DNA of 64,000 nt from Lingula anatina (taxonomy: Eukaryota; Animalia; Brachiopoda), in NCBI GenBank assembly GCA_051362555.1, contig CM120643.1, forward strand, positions 9,362,001-9,426,000. Direction: 5' to 3'. Of the stretch, positions 1-13,277 are shown piece after piece (within the stretch, counting starts at the first letter, position 1; the number at the start of each line of letters is the position of its first letter). Made by a program: the position numbers and the translations under genes. A model generated the notes under the pieces. The model was not told where the DNA came from, ran no database searches, and saw nothing but the letters and a program-made list of their open reading frames with translations.

Positions 1-6
1 GGAGAG

Positions 7-39
<33 letters not shown>
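1..39. repeat. (GA)n microsatellite
   Basis: Direct observation. Confidence 0.95.
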
Positions 40-43
<4 letters not shown>

Positions 44-75
44 AAAGTGAATGCAGTTTGTATTGCATTTTACAG

Positions 76-275
76 GAGAAAAAAGTCAGCCACCCACTAC
101 AAAGGAGGAAAAATACATGACACGTGTCAACGTCCAATTGGACAACAAGACAGGTACGCCGAAAGTAGCACCAGGCACGCGTGAAGCACCTTCTCCGGCC
201 CCGCCTAAACTTCGCAGGAAAGATCTTATCAATGATCAGAATACCCTGAAGAATATTGATGATCATGCTGCAGTT
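76..275 (+). CDS. KY/hillarin-like transglutaminase-domain gene, internal exon A (gene starts upstream of window)
   Basis: Acceptor ttttacAG, donor GTAAGT at 276. Encodes ...PKLRRKDLINDQNTLKNIDDHAAV, the type of segment that precedes the KY core. The phase-0 join to the next exon keeps the frame. Confidence 0.8.
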
Positions 276-286
276 GTAAGTGTATC

Positions 287-313
287 ATAATAATAATAAT
301 AATAATAATAATA

Positions 314-344
<31 letters not shown>
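287..344. repeat. Inverted (TAA)n/(TTA)n microsatellite palindrome
   Basis: An (ATA)n run is directly followed by its reverse complement (TAT)n. Confidence 0.9.
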
Positions 345-542
345 TTTTTAAATTAACTGCTGTTGTTTTCGTAAGGTGAGCTTCGGCTATTTGACAACAA
401 ATTACATGCTATATTTTGTACCAAAATTTATTTTAAAATAAAGCTGTTATTATAAATATTATTATTTATTTATGTTTTATTTTTTATTTGCTCTATCTGT
501 GAAATGTGAAATCGGGGCATAACGATATATTTCTATTTCAAG

Positions 543-658
543 GCCCCAGTGTCTGCCTGTACTTCCCTTCCCGCTCTAGTCCAGTACCTTTCGCGTCCGT
601 GTTCTAACGATTTACAGCGAGCGAGGGCGTTCTACCGTTGGATCACAGGAAATATCAG
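543..658 (+). CDS. KY/hillarin-like gene, exon B
   Basis: AG/GT bounded. Encodes APVSACTSLPALVQYLSRPCSNDLQRARAFYRWITGNI; the RAxxRWIxxNI motif is typical of the KY/hillarin/Cyk3 family. Confidence 0.9.
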
Positions 659-891
659 GTTTGTATTATACAAACGCCGATTGTCACAAGAGATAAAATA
701 TAAATGAATAAATGGAAACAATAAAAAACAAAATGCTGAAAAAATGTTTTTTTTTTTTTAATGAAAGTTGCATATCTTGTATTATTTTGTGATGATATGT
801 AGTGCAGCGGTTACTTCACCCACCACTGTAAATCACACATTGTATACGCAGCAGTTTGAAGCCAATTCATCGCTGTAACATGTACCTTCTA

Positions 892-1148
892 CAGTGGCAG
901 ATTTAGAGGGGGGTCAGGGGGGGTCCTGACACCCCCACCCCCTTCGATTTCTGGACCCCTCTTGAAATTAGAATTTTGACTAGATGAATCATGGTTCTAA
1001 ACCGTGCCAAATAACACCGTTCGCCCTCTAAAATACTAAAATTTCTCGGGGCCCTTTATCGGACCCCGAATCCCACGCCAAGTTTTTTGGGTGTAGGGGA
1101 GGTATCGGTTTCGCACGCTCCCTTCAAATATTCCTTGATCCGCCCCTG
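892..1148. mobile_element. Short MITE (CAGGGGCGGATC-type termini) in KY intron
   Basis: Left CAGTGGCAGATTT and right GATCCGCCCCTG are imperfect inverted termini, with internal G/C runs. No clean TSD (cttcta vs cttcaa). Confidence 0.6.
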
Positions 1149-1179
1149 CTTCAACATGTAGTATTCTGTGTCTCTTCAG

Positions 1180-1302
1180 CTACGCCGTCTCCAGCTACCG
1201 CTCTGGGAGCTACAAGTACAAAGACAACTCAGCGGAGGCAGTTTTCCGCAGACGCCGCTGCGTGTGCGCTGGATATGCTAGAATATTCAAGGAAATGTGC
1301 AG
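1180..1302 (+). CDS. KY/hillarin-like gene, exon C (catalytic Cys)
   Basis: tctcttcAG ... AG|GTTTGT. Encodes YAVSSYRSGSYKYKDNSAEAVFRRRRCVCAGYARIFKEMC; VCAGYA carries the catalytic Cys (codon 1265-1267). Confidence 0.92.
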
Positions 1303-1336
1303 GTTTGTGAACCAATTATTGGTCAACGTTTTTATG

Positions 1337-1337
1337 T

Positions 1338-1380
<43 letters not shown>

Positions 1381-1383
1381 TTT
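1337..1383. repeat. (TTTA)n microsatellite
   Basis: Direct observation. Confidence 0.95.
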
Positions 1384-1799
1384 GTAGCCTGTATCTTTGC
1401 TTGTTATTAAGCTACAAAATTCTATGTTAAAATAAACCTTATTATCTCATCAGAACATCTGAATGATTATTTGAGCTAGCGGAAATTACATGTAGATCTT
1501 ACCCACTTGATGATTCAGGGCGAGGAAAGATTCCGCTTCTATGTGTACCAGTATAGAACTACAGAGACAGAAATCTATCAGTATAAACAGATCCATCCTT
1601 TATCAAAATTATTATTCTGACTGTGTCTCTGATGGAGGATTTACTCAATGTACCTCGTCCAAAAAAACTGATATTTAATATACAGTTTTCTTCGAACATA
1701 CAGTTTTCTCCGAACTATGCTGGTATTTAGTATTTCTTATGAAGCTGTATGCGACCGCACTGAAGGCGTAGATAATATTATAATGTGGTCTGAAATCAT

Positions 1800-2126
1800 C
1801 TGGGCCCGGTTGCACCAACCGGTCGTAAGTGAGGCGTAGCAGTTGCGCCGGCGTAAACCGGGCGCAAAATGCTACGCCCGAGAAAAGCCAGTTGCACCAA
1901 ACTGGAGTAGTGTTTACGTCGGTCTTAACTTAGTCGTAAATTTACGCCTGCTAGTTAGGTGGAGTAAGTCGGTCGTAGCTCGTTTTCCACTATGGCTAGG
2001 CTGGCACAGAGAGAGTTTGATGACAATTATCGTAGTTAACGTAGATTATGTGGGTTGTTTTTTGTTTATTTCTTACACAAAACTTCCGTCTGTATAGCTT
2101 GGTTTTTAAAAAACTAATTTTATACA

Positions 2127-2210
<84 letters not shown>

Positions 2211-2903
2211 TGATTATTAAATACATTATGTGTGTAGCCATGTACATGTACATGCATGTGTTCAAATTAAATCTTACCACTCATGTCGACACGCCTTGGC
2301 TCTCAGCAGTACGGTGTCTTTAATTCTTTTCACGATTTTTGACAAACCATAACAAACCATAGTCATTTTTTATTCACATTTTATATCATTCATATTTTAC
2401 TATATATAAACATAGAGACGAAAGCTTAAAATATCAACATTTTAAGGCTCATATAATATGTATTAGGTCTCTTGTATTTCTCAATCTCCAAGATGTAAGC
2501 TCGATTGAATTAAATGATTCGGAATATATTTACGATTTTATTGCTATATATCCAAGGCAACAGCAAAGTTAACGTATTTTAACGTTCTTATTTCTAAATC
2601 AAAATGGAATAATGTAGCTCATGAATTTCTCCGTCACTGAAATGCTCCTTTTGTGTTTATTTATGTCATCATTCCATTATGACTGCAGCTGAGAACTCCT
2701 CATTTGCCCAATTATACCATCCACGTATTGTTGGCCAGTGGCGCAACGGAGCGTTACTCGGGCGTAGTTACGACGATCAGTTTTTGTCTTGGTGCAACGG
2801 GCGTAAGCAGGGAGAGTAAACCTGGCGCACGGACGCCAGGCGTTGCTGTTTACGACAGTCGTAGCCGAGTAAATTTACGCCCTGTTGGTGCAACCGGGCC
2901 CAG
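1800..2903. mobile_element. Non-autonomous DNA transposon, probably PIF/Harbinger-like
   Basis: Perfect 20-bp inverted repeat CTGGGCCCGGTTGCACCAAC (1800-1819) / GTTGGTGCAACCGGGCCCAG (2884-2903). Sub-terminal repeats GTTGCACCAA and GTAAATTTACGCC. The CWG outer triplets suggest Harbinger (inference). Confidence 0.8.
2129..2206. repeat. (TA)n microsatellite inside the transposon
   Basis: Direct observation. Confidence 0.95.
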
Positions 2904-3100
2904 AATGTTAACAGCGCAAACCATGCTCTATTGCTGGTCTCGTTTTCAGGCTGAGAAGAATTTCCGTTTTGTACAGTGGGTTGCATTCTGCTGATATTAA
3001 TTCATAAATAAATGGAAACTGTGTTTCGAATTTGCTTTCATTTTACAATTTCAATTTATATGTAAGAGACATATGTTACAAAGCAATTTTATGTTTCTAG

Positions 3101-3284
3101 ACTTGCCGGTATTCCTTGCGAGGTAGTGTGCGGACACGCTAAAGGAGTTGATAACGCCCCTGGTAACGTGTTGACCGGAAAGGACGCCAACCACGACTGG
3201 AACTGCGTGTACATAGACAACTCCTGGTGGCCGGTAGATTGTACGTGGGGAGCTGGTTTTATCACAGAGGACTTCGGCTTTAAG
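3101..3284 (+). CDS. KY/hillarin-like gene, exon D (catalytic His and Asp)
   Basis: tttctAG ... AAG|GTGAGA. Encodes LAGIPCEVVCGHAKG...NHDWNCVYIDNSWWPVDCTWGAG, matching the family HxWN...DxTWGAG motif. Confidence 0.93.
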
Positions 3285-3484
3285 GTGAGATAATATCCTA
3301 TTCTATATACCAATACAGCACTGCCATATTTAACATTTTATTACCCTGATGCAGGACTGTGATTTGTATTTTAAAATTAGCACGTCATTAATAGACCATA
3401 TTTAAAATACCACTGGCACTCACATACTAACGTGAGGTGTATTCTTTACCACTATTGACCCTTTTATATTTTCATTCATTTTAG

Positions 3485-4633
3485 TTTCGTTTCAACGACT
3501 TCTATTTCCTTACGGACCCCGACATCTTCGTGTTCACTCATTTTCCTTACAACCCAAAGAAGCCAAACTTTGACGACTGGCAGCTGATAGCCAAACCCTG
3601 GTCATTGACTAAATTTGAAAAGGCGCCGCTATTAGAACCAGCGTTCTTTTCCTTGGGCCTTGATCCGGCGTCTCTCAGTCACTTTTTAAATGTCATCGAG
3701 TTTCGAGACTCGGTTGAGTTGTCTTTCCGGGGATCGACAGCCATTAGTACAGTGCAGGAGCTGTGTGACAGCAAGTCGGGGCAGAGCTACGCTGACTTCA
3801 GCTTTAAATACGAAAACCAGCGAGACTTCAAGTCTGTGTCTTGCACCTTTAAACCCCCGTCAACGGGCGATTACACTCTGAAATTATTCGCCAAAGACTT
3901 GCACAAAGACAGCGAGGACGCCGAGTACAAGTGGCTTGGGGAGTTTCTGCTACGATGCACCAAGGCGTCTCAACCGGCGCCGTCTTCTTACCCGAGCGCT
4001 CTGCGCTGGGGTTTCGGCCCAAAGGCGGTGGCTATGGGATTGCGCTTCAGTCATGGGAAGCCGTCGGCTGTCGTCAAAGATGGCGTCGCCAAGCTACACT
4101 TTGAAATTGATAAATCCAAGCAGTCCATTTCTACCATATGCAAAGTTACAACATCCGAAGACAAAGTACTGGAGAATGCTTCGTTTAAAGAATACACAGA
4201 TACTGGTTTCACGTATTTAGTAGCTGTTCCCAAGAAAGGCAACTACAAGTTCACCATGTACGCTAAGCATGCTTCCTCAGACTCTAACAGCTTTGCTTTC
4301 GTGGGCGATTTTCTCATTGAGTGCAATACACTCATTAAGGCTCCGGTCTCCTTTCCCAAGGCCAGCCCAAATTTTGGAGAAGGATGCAAGCTGTTCGAAC
4401 CTATACACGGCTTTCTTCAGTCTAACAGACAGGTGAAGTTCAGACTCCGCATCCCAGGAGCAGCGAAGGTGGCCGTGATTTTGGGGGAAAGCGAGTGGAC
4501 GCACCTGACTCAGCACGGTAACGACATTTGGGAGGGGTTGGTGTCTCTCTCGGGGAACGCTAAGTCTGCCGGGGTTTACCTATCTAAGGGCGGAAACAAT
4601 TTTACAGAGGTGTTGTCGTATAAAGTCGGGTGA
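3485..4633 (+). CDS. KY/hillarin-like gene, terminal exon (end of catalytic domain plus Ig-like beta-sandwich repeats)
   Basis: Acceptor at 3483-3484. FNDFYFLTDPDIFVFTHFP motif; repeated PxxGxYxLxxxAK units; C-terminal VKFRLRIPGAAKVAV...W..L....WEG. Stop TGA at 4631-4633. Confidence 0.92.
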   Translation, partial: FRFNDFYFLTDPDIFVFTHFPYNPKKPNFDDWQLIAKPWSLTKFEKAPLLEPAFFSLGLDPASLSHFLNVIEFRDSVELSFRGSTAISTVQELCDSKSGQSYADFSFKYENQRDFKSVSCTFKPPSTGDYTLKLFAKDLHKDSEDAEYKWLGEFLLRCTKASQPAPSSYPSALRWGFGPKAVAMGLRFSHGKPSAVVKDGVAKLHFEIDKSKQSISTICKVTTSEDKVLENASFKEYTDTGFTYLVAVPKKGNYKFTMYAKHASSDSNSFAFVGDFLIECNTLIKAPVSFPKASPNFGEGCKLFEPIHGFLQSNRQVKFRLRIPGAAKVAVILGESEWTHLTQHGNDIWEGLVSLSGNAKSAGVYLSKGGNNFTEVLSYKVG

Positions 4634-7600
4634 CTCAGAGTTATTTGATTATTTGAATGCAGTCGCAGTAGTAGCTAGCATGCACTTGCCATGTAAATCA
4701 CTATTGTACGAGAGGAGCGTCTGTGCATTTGTTAGACGACCAGCTTAAGCATGTAGCTGTCGTTGGGTTGCAGGCCAAAATATATAGATATAGCTCTTAG
4801 GTTACTGCAATGGGCTCAATCTCTTCATATTATGGTGTAAATTGTGAAAGCACTCCAGAATAGAGTCAAGATGTTAAATGGGCGCGATTTTACCAATTTT
4901 ATCATTTTGCACATTTGGCGAGGCCATTATCAGCATACTGTAAATCGGCTAGTTATGGAACTGACGGTGAAAACCTGGAAATTGGACTTTTAAAAGTCAC
5001 GTCATCCATATTGGCCATTGTTTTGCTCGCTCTTCTCGACTCTCTCCCACGTCGACCCTGCTCGCTCTCCCCGGCTGATTTTATACCATGGTTGAATAAG
5101 AATTGTGCATTTACTTCAAACGCAGATAGTTTTAATGTGACATATAAATGTCATATAGATATTAAACGTCCAGTTTGGTAAAGGAGGAGGAGGAGAAGTG
5201 AGTAAAGAAGAAACTATAGATTGTGTTTGCTGTGCTTGGTTGGGACGACTAGATTTCAATTTATGTATTGTGTTCAGAACGTTGATCAACTAGAGCTTCT
5301 TTTTATGAAATAATTTTATATGCCTTGTTTAATCTAAGTCTATATAATGCAATGCCTGCAATGAGGTAAGGTGCTCGTTAGCTTTTGGCATTTTTATGTT
5401 TCTTTATCACCCACTGGGAAATACAGGGAGGGATATGATTGCTAATAGGAAATTATGTCTGAATATTATGAACAGTATAATGAGTGTGGTGCAAATCGGT
5501 AATAATGGAACGGATGTTATTCATTATAAACATCATCGGGTCTTTTTAAGTGATAAGCTCTATGAGCGATCGAATTTTGAAACGGATATATTTTGTGCTC
5601 AATAGGTGTACGAGATGTTGTAACACCGACTTCACATGAAATGTTATGAATTCTGTTATGTTTCATAAACAGTTTCAAATAAGATTTTTTGCGTATTTTT
5701 TAATATATGTCAGACCGTATAAAAGTTGGGTCAATAAGTAAGTACTGATTAGCTATTTCCTGACCATGCTATTACTATAACTGTTAAATAATTTACTCAA
5801 ACGATATATCAGCCGCCCTGAAATTAGGTCTTATGTATGTGTCATTCATTTGTTAAAATTCATCGGCAACAGTTCGCAGTGAAATAATCCTGGGCTCAAC
5901 CATCTAAGCAAAATCCAAATTAATGAGCTACAAGCATTATGTTTTCAGTTATTCATTCGACGTAAAGTTAAACAAATTGTCACTAGCAATAAGAGAGGAC
6001 ATTTTCATTGTCTGCCATAAGACTTGTAACTTGGTGTCAAATAGGCAATATGCATCTGCCTCCACACAGCTGAGCTTACTGTCAATTCTCAATGCATAAT
6101 TGGCACAATGACAACCACAAACCTAGAGATATTTGGTCACAGCAAGTCCGCTGACATGATTGATTTTGATGCTCACACAACCCTCGACAACAAAGGACCC
6201 GCATTGCGCTAGAGAAGACATCTGTCACATTCGGCTGAACAGCTGCGCGCGACCCGTATTTATTCAGGCAGATAAATTGCTTATAATCGATCGAGGTCAC
6301 AATGTTCCCCCTTAATGTCACCCAAAACCAACAACCTGAACCAATAAACGTGCGATCAAGTCAAGGAGCGTCTTTAGAAGTGGTATATGAAGGAGAAAGA
6401 GATAAAATCGATAGAATTAAAATATCAAATTGAATGTTTGTTCAGCTAAGTGCACTGGTCTCTCAGTAGACAAGAAGTGATAGTGACTTTTTGTAATTCG
6501 CACCGGCCAAAACATTGCTAAATGAATATAAAACGGTGCTTAGGGGGTAGTATTAGATCACATCACATAAAGATACGTTACTGAGGCCTAATAAAACGAT
6601 TAGAGAAATATCTAGCCAACACCGACGATCATTGCCTGATGATAAGTTCATATTTCGATGTATCAAGTAGTATCATGTAGTGGCACATTATACAGTAATG
6701 TACCATAATTTTTCTTTAAAAGAGTTCATTGCGTGCAAAAAGTTTGCTCCTTTTCTTTAAAAAGACATTAACGATATTAAATTTCTTCAAATAGCAACTG
6801 AAAAAATACAACAGGCCTACCCTTTCAAAGAAAAAAATTGAAATACAATCAGTTGCTATAAGTTGTAGAAAGATTCCTAAAGAGATAGTATATACCGAGG
6901 GAAAACGCCGCAAATAGGCGTCCTAGTTTGCTCCCTAACTTTGTATAGGTACTCGTGAAATAGATCAAGACGCCTGAACAAATACGTGTGCACGCTTTTC
7001 AGAAGAATGAATATAATACCACCAATTTACTCAGCAGTGTTATGCAGAAGGTTGATAGTTATATACCGGGGTATATCTTCACAAATCAACTAATGCAAGC
7101 CTTTGTAATATCATAAGTTCAACAAGGAGATTATTGCAACAGGTGCTTCGTTTTCATCAAAGTGTGATCAGCTATTTAAATTGTTGATAAGATATTCATT
7201 TACAGGCCTGTTTTTTTTTTTTCTGAAAACGGGTACCTTTATTCCTCCACACTTGAGTAAAGACCTCCAAGAAGCAGAATTAAATCGTGATCTAATTAAA
7301 AAAAATCCGAGCCAAAGAACACCCCCCCCTTCGGAACACCCCCCCCCCCCACCCCCCCGCCCCAACCCCGGCCTACATTACCATCCCATTCGACAGATTT
7401 TTAGCTGAACGCGGATGCTTAGGAATACCACAAAGAACCAATTTTACAAATAATTCCAATTTTCATTATAAAAATGTATCATTTCAATTCTTCTTCGTCT
7501 ACTTCGTCAATTTAGCTCCCTCTCCACCTCGGGTCTCAAGCTAAAAGGCTTATCTGAAAAACGATTTTCTTGATACTGTCGAAGACAACGCGAATTTAGT

Positions 7601-10600
7601 TATTTTACTTTTTATCTTCATAAAAAGTAAGCCCATATACGAGTTTAAAAAAAATTCTATTTCAATGACGCCAAGTGCATTTTCGGACAGATGTATCTAT
7701 GGCAGTATAAGATAAATTGATTTTAATTTCTTTCTTTGTCTGGTCACTTTCTTTCTGTGTTTATTCCTTATTCGACGAGGGGGACAATTGACCAGCATTT
7801 AGACAGGTGCGGGTTACACGCGGCTTGTACTTTTCACAATACACAACAATGCTGCGTCTCATTTTCACGTTCTAATTAGTTATCTAGGACCTAAATGGCC
7901 ACCCGTAGAAGATAAACATTACCAATAGAGCGTCATATTTTGAGAAAATTTACACAATGTGTTTTTTAATCTTATAATTGAACAATTAGAACGTTTCGAT
8001 ATTTGAAAGAAGCCGCCTGATCGGAAATTACTCTTGAAGCAATACGTGTTGATCCCAGTCGCCGAGATAAGATGTCGTCTGATTTAGCTCTGTGTTCGTC
8101 AAATTAATTTTCTCCACCAAAGATATCATCGAAATTAACAGCAGAAAGATGCCAAAATTAGAATATGTTTTGCCTTTGCCTGGTGTTCGTCTTTATCTGT
8201 TGTTTAGTAAAAATTATCACCACAGAAGGTAGTCACCTACAAACATAACCGTCCATGCATGTTTGGCTTTTCATATGTTTGTTTCATATGTTGTTTGCAG
8301 AAAGAGAAAACCTGTACACAATTCGGGGAGCTCAGTTTTGTATCTTGTAATCGCAAAATCTCTCGGGCATGTTGAAAATATTTTCATTAATTTCACAAGA
8401 GAGGAAGGTGGCAACATAAATACAGTATACAGTATATAATTGATAACATAGAAGTGGATAATGCATACGGGTAATTACATTAATTCTCTCTACCGGTGCA
8501 CGTGCTAGCGTTGACTTTCGATTAAGCCTTATCCTATCTGCAAACTCAGAAAAACCGGCACATTTTAAAATCAATATTTTATTATATGCGGACATGGAAA
8601 GTGGAAAATGCATACGGGTGTTTTGAGTTCGGAGAGAAAGCTTACATTATCTTGAATTTTTCCATGGATTCGCGATATTTTCATTCATTTTAGTCCATGT
8701 GTTATTTTTCTAAATCGATACTCAAACACCAGAAATTTTTCACCTGTCTTTTGACACCTAATAATTGTGCCTTATATTTCTTTTACACCGGAAAAAATAC
8801 AATCTTTCCACAAAGATGAATCTATAGAACGAAAGGTCATTATCTACAGCTTTTTAAAATCAATATTCTAGGACATTTCAACGATGCCATAGAAAGATAT
8901 TGAAGGGGCACTTGAATGAAATAATTTAAATAATAGGGCCAGTTTTGCGTCTTTTGAAGAAAACGTAAAGAGAATCAAAATCTAAATTTATATCTACTAT
9001 AAATGACAAGCATGATTTCAATCACACATATTTCATTTCAACCAAGTACAAATTAAAGTTGAAAAGGCAGGAAAATATATCATTCAATTATTTCTTTGAG
9101 CTTACGCGTAAAACGTGACGTATCTTTCGCGTATAGCAACGGTGCTAAAACATACAAAGATTTATTTTTGATGTACAAAAAAAACGCCCCCCCCCCCCCA
9201 TTCTGATCACGTCGCTCGGACACTGAAGGTGTTTTCCTAAAATTGCAAATAAAATAGTGTTTTGGAAAGATTGGTGAATGATTTTCGAATATATTCACTA
9301 ACTTCTTTAATTATTTCTTCTACCTCAGCCCGACTGTAAAAAGCTAATATTGGTCACCAGCGACCCCTATACCCTGAGCATTTTTCACCTTTTTCTTTAC
9401 GTCTAGTCAGTTTGTCGCTGTAAGATAAAATCAAATTTTCCACCATTTTGAGTCACCGTATGACAGGGTACCGCCTCTGAGTTGAACAAAGATGGCCCCT
9501 TATTCCTGTCTACTTAGGCACAATACGCTGATGGTAATTAATTTTGTCTCGGACGAATAGCCATGCAGCAATTTTAACTCGTCTATGGTCTCGTTAAAGA
9601 CAAAGCAAGAATAATAATACCAGCCGTTGTGAAATTATACGTCATGATTTATATCATTCGCTGAAATCATGCCGGTCTTTGTTCAGTGCGCTATGTTATA
9701 TGTTTTATTTTAAAATGCACTCATCGCCATCGACAACAATAACGTTTGCGCTAATGAACTAATGACAATTACAATAACTCAAAAATGAAAGAACTTACGG
9801 GGAATCGATCTGATAGTAATGGCAATAATACCTTAAAATGTTGAAATAGGGCACACACAGGCACTTAACTAATAAAAAATAATGACAAAAAAAGGAAGAA
9901 AAAACAAAAACGTTTTACAATATTGAATTTCTTGTTCCACAGACATTTTCATTGACTCTAGCAACGATGAACGGTGCTATAAACTCGGTTAAACGATAAC
10001 ATTTAAATGTCATTCGCACAATGAAAAACTTCCGATTCATTTTCCTGTTGTGCACCGGGGAAAGAACGGCACATCATCAGATGTTAATTGAATGCGTGTC
10101 AAATTGAAACTAGAAACCCCACAATGAGTATAAATTGTCTGTATGTTAGGTTAGTCGGGCGATTTTATCGAACGTCGTCATATCTGTATACTATGTTTGT
10201 ACAAAGCCATGCTGCCCATATGGTTTTAATTGGTCTTTTTAGAGAAACATTTGAGGACATATTACAAAAACGTTAACCTGGGGGGTGTATAACAAAAACG
10301 TCCCCAAACATTTTTCTGTTTTAGAGGGGGCATATTGCAAAAAAATGGAAAAATTTCGGCTTTTTTGTATATTTAAAACAGATTGATTTCCAAGGTAACG
10401 TCCTTATTCGAATAAAAAGATTTTTCCAATAGTACCCGACTCAAAACAATTCCCGATTTGATCATTATGGACAACAATAATCATAGCCATGTCATCAAAG
10501 ACGAAGATGTTTCAAAATATATCAAAATCATAGGGTTGAAAAAAAAACAACAACAAAGAACAAAAACAAAAAAAAAAAAAAAAAAAAAAACACCTAGGCA

Positions 10601-11856
10601 TATCACGTTTATTCACCTATAGCCTGATGATGTCAGAACATTGGTAAGAAGTGAAACAAAGATTTATAGATATCAAGGTTTATAGTCAATTTAAAATCAA
10701 CAGACAGCGAATTTCGTCAGTAAGTTCCTGTAGAATCACGTCTGTTTATTTTTCTAATGAACCACGTACATTGTCCTTATCTTCCGTGCGGGTTATATCA
10801 TCCTGCAAGCTCTTTTAGATCAGTACTCCCCGAAGTATCAAATGAAACCAGGTTTTGATATTACATTGATTGAAAGATAAGTCTTGACTCATGCAAGTTC
10901 TCGTGATATATATTTTTTCTTGGGATGAAAACAATCGTAAAATCTGGCTACAAGAAGATTTTATTGATTGATTTTCATTTCTTGATATTCAAGCAATTGC
11001 AACACATTTTTGCAGTAAAATGCAGTTCATATGAAAATTATAATACAATTTATTATCTTTTTTTTTTTCACATTTACCACAGATACCAGCACCTAATTTT
11101 TTTTATGCATACGCCCCCATATCCAAGGCACACCCCCGACCAATGCAAAGACTGAGCGTAAGTCTAAGCTTCGAGATTTCTACATTGGAAATAATATAAC
11201 AAAATATGATCAGGAATTATTGAGACAGAAATGTTTCAACTCAAACAGCAAAGTAAGGTGTTAATCATCTCCATATTATACCTAAGCAGCACTTATCACA
11301 TATTTTATCTATCCAATTTTCACACACCCACTTCTTCGTGTCCTTTACCAAGTGTATTATGGTACCTTATTCTATGCAGTCATCAATTTGAGCACTCACA
11401 TCAAGACTGCAGTTTATAATTTGAAGTAAAATCCTCATAAGTCGGTGACTTGATCCTTTTTTGCTTTTAGGGTCACAATATTGGTTCTTATCTTTAAATA
11501 GCTACCTCAACTTCGTGACAGTCGTCCATAAAGCAGAAACGCGATCATAGAGGGAAAAAACAGGAGATAAAGAAGAAGATTCAGCAGGCTTGTCTTAAAC
11601 GTGAGTGGGATGGCAAAAAATGTATCATAAAGTACTTAGGCTTATTTTAAAGAACACTATGACATGTAATAAAGGAGAAGGGATAGATACAAAACGTACA
11701 AAAGGTGGCTTAATCAAAAAGGCAAGAGAAAAATGGCACCAAAGTTGCAACAAAACCCTTAATCCCTATTGTTTTAATGGGGATAAAGGGATACGTCTTT
11801 TGAACTTACTTTTTATCTGTTTATATTTTTATTTTTTCATCAAAAATGAAAAAAAT

Positions 11857-11877
11857 ATAATAATAATAATAATAATG

Positions 11878-11910
<33 letters not shown>
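11857..11910. repeat. (ATA)n microsatellite
   Basis: Direct observation. Confidence 0.95.
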
Positions 11911-12879
11911 TCCACGAGTCGAGGACAGGATGTTATACCTCATATTCAAACGAACTTGTGCAAAATATTTACAATTAAAATATTACCAATAAGAGCGAAA
12001 TAGAAACGCAAAGGCGATTGTTTCCAACACTTTGTCTTAAGCACATAAGAAACAGTTTATACCTAAGGGGGGGGGGGCGTGCTACCTGTACAAAGCACAA
12101 TACATAACTTGTGCGCAGTCGGTCAATATTTTCCCTGAGATAGTCACCTCTCCCTGCTTCCGTAATCCTTAAGCCCTGATTCAACAAGTGTCTGCATACT
12201 TATTACGATACGAGGGGATCTAATACCACTGCGCGTGAGGAAAGGTAACATAACCAATATGTTAGTTTCCCGTGGACTTACGGCAGGGGGATTAAGCGTG
12301 TTATCGCTACTGAGTGAATTCTGAGTTAGGCAAGACTTCGGCCTGTTAACAGGGGCTCGTCATTTTCGATAACAGCAGAAGAATGTCTCTTTTTTCCATA
12401 GTGGAAAAGTTGCAGTATAATTCGGCAGTTGCTGTCAACAGTCGAGGAGAGGATGATTTAGTAGTCACATTGGCTATATAAAAACTATTATAAACTATAA
12501 TTTAGTTCTCTCTCTCTTTTTCTCTCTCTCTATCTAAGAACTGACAAAAAATCGTTAAATATTGGAACTAAATTTGTTAAACGTCCCGTGTTGATGAAAG
12601 TAGACAAAATGCAAAATATCAAAATTCAGCGGTTACAAAGTCAAACAGTATGATGTAAAGGGAAGTTCTACCGCTTTGAGTCTGTTGATAAAATATTTAG
12701 TTCAAACACCTTTGCACTTTATCTTGGTCCTATAAACAGAGCCTTGTTATAATATTGAACTCAGAGTTTGTGAGTCCCCTCGGCTTGTTGTTGTCACAGT
12801 TGTGATTACACACCAGATAAAATCATATAGGCTAGGCAGTGAAGTAAGCCGAAGCTGGCACAGCTAAACAACCAAACAT

Positions 12880-13277
12880 GTAGCCAGCCAGCCAGGTGAA
12901 TTCGAAGACCTAAATTATGACATGCGCGCGCAGCTCTCTCACAGGTAATTATACTGGCTGGCGCATCCTCTTTCTCGGCCACCGCTGACTGCGTGAGCGA
13001 ACAGCCCTTACCTAGTGGATGCCACGTTTGTTCGCGACATCCCGAACCAATGAGAGAGCTTGTTTTACAATAGAGCCTCCACACGCTGTTGCACATGGTT
13101 CAAAACTGCCCCCATGTCGCCGTCGCTCATCACAACACACAACATCGAGAGCCACGATCGGAGACAGTTGTGAAGCGACAGGAGGAGTTAGAGAAATTCG
13201 GAGGTGGACGACACGGGGACATAGTACGCGACGCAGCACCTTTATCTACGCACGTCGCCGCCACCCATCGCCAAATA
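12880..13277 (+). promoter_or_regulatory. CpG-rich promoter/5' UTR region of ESRP
   Basis: Local GC/CpG enrichment just upstream of the conserved ATG, with CAGGTG/CAGGTA boxes near 12893 and 12942. The TSS cannot be determined. Confidence 0.5.

Noticed and set aside
2048-2323. ORFs with YI, poly-I, ER or poly-N runs (also 11605, 19481, 25116, 56298)
   Set aside because: These are translations of microsatellites.
8330-9380. Transposon-like block with duplicated ATGCATACGGGT and GCTCAG ends
   Set aside because: The inverted match is only 6 bp; no element can be defined without a repeat library.
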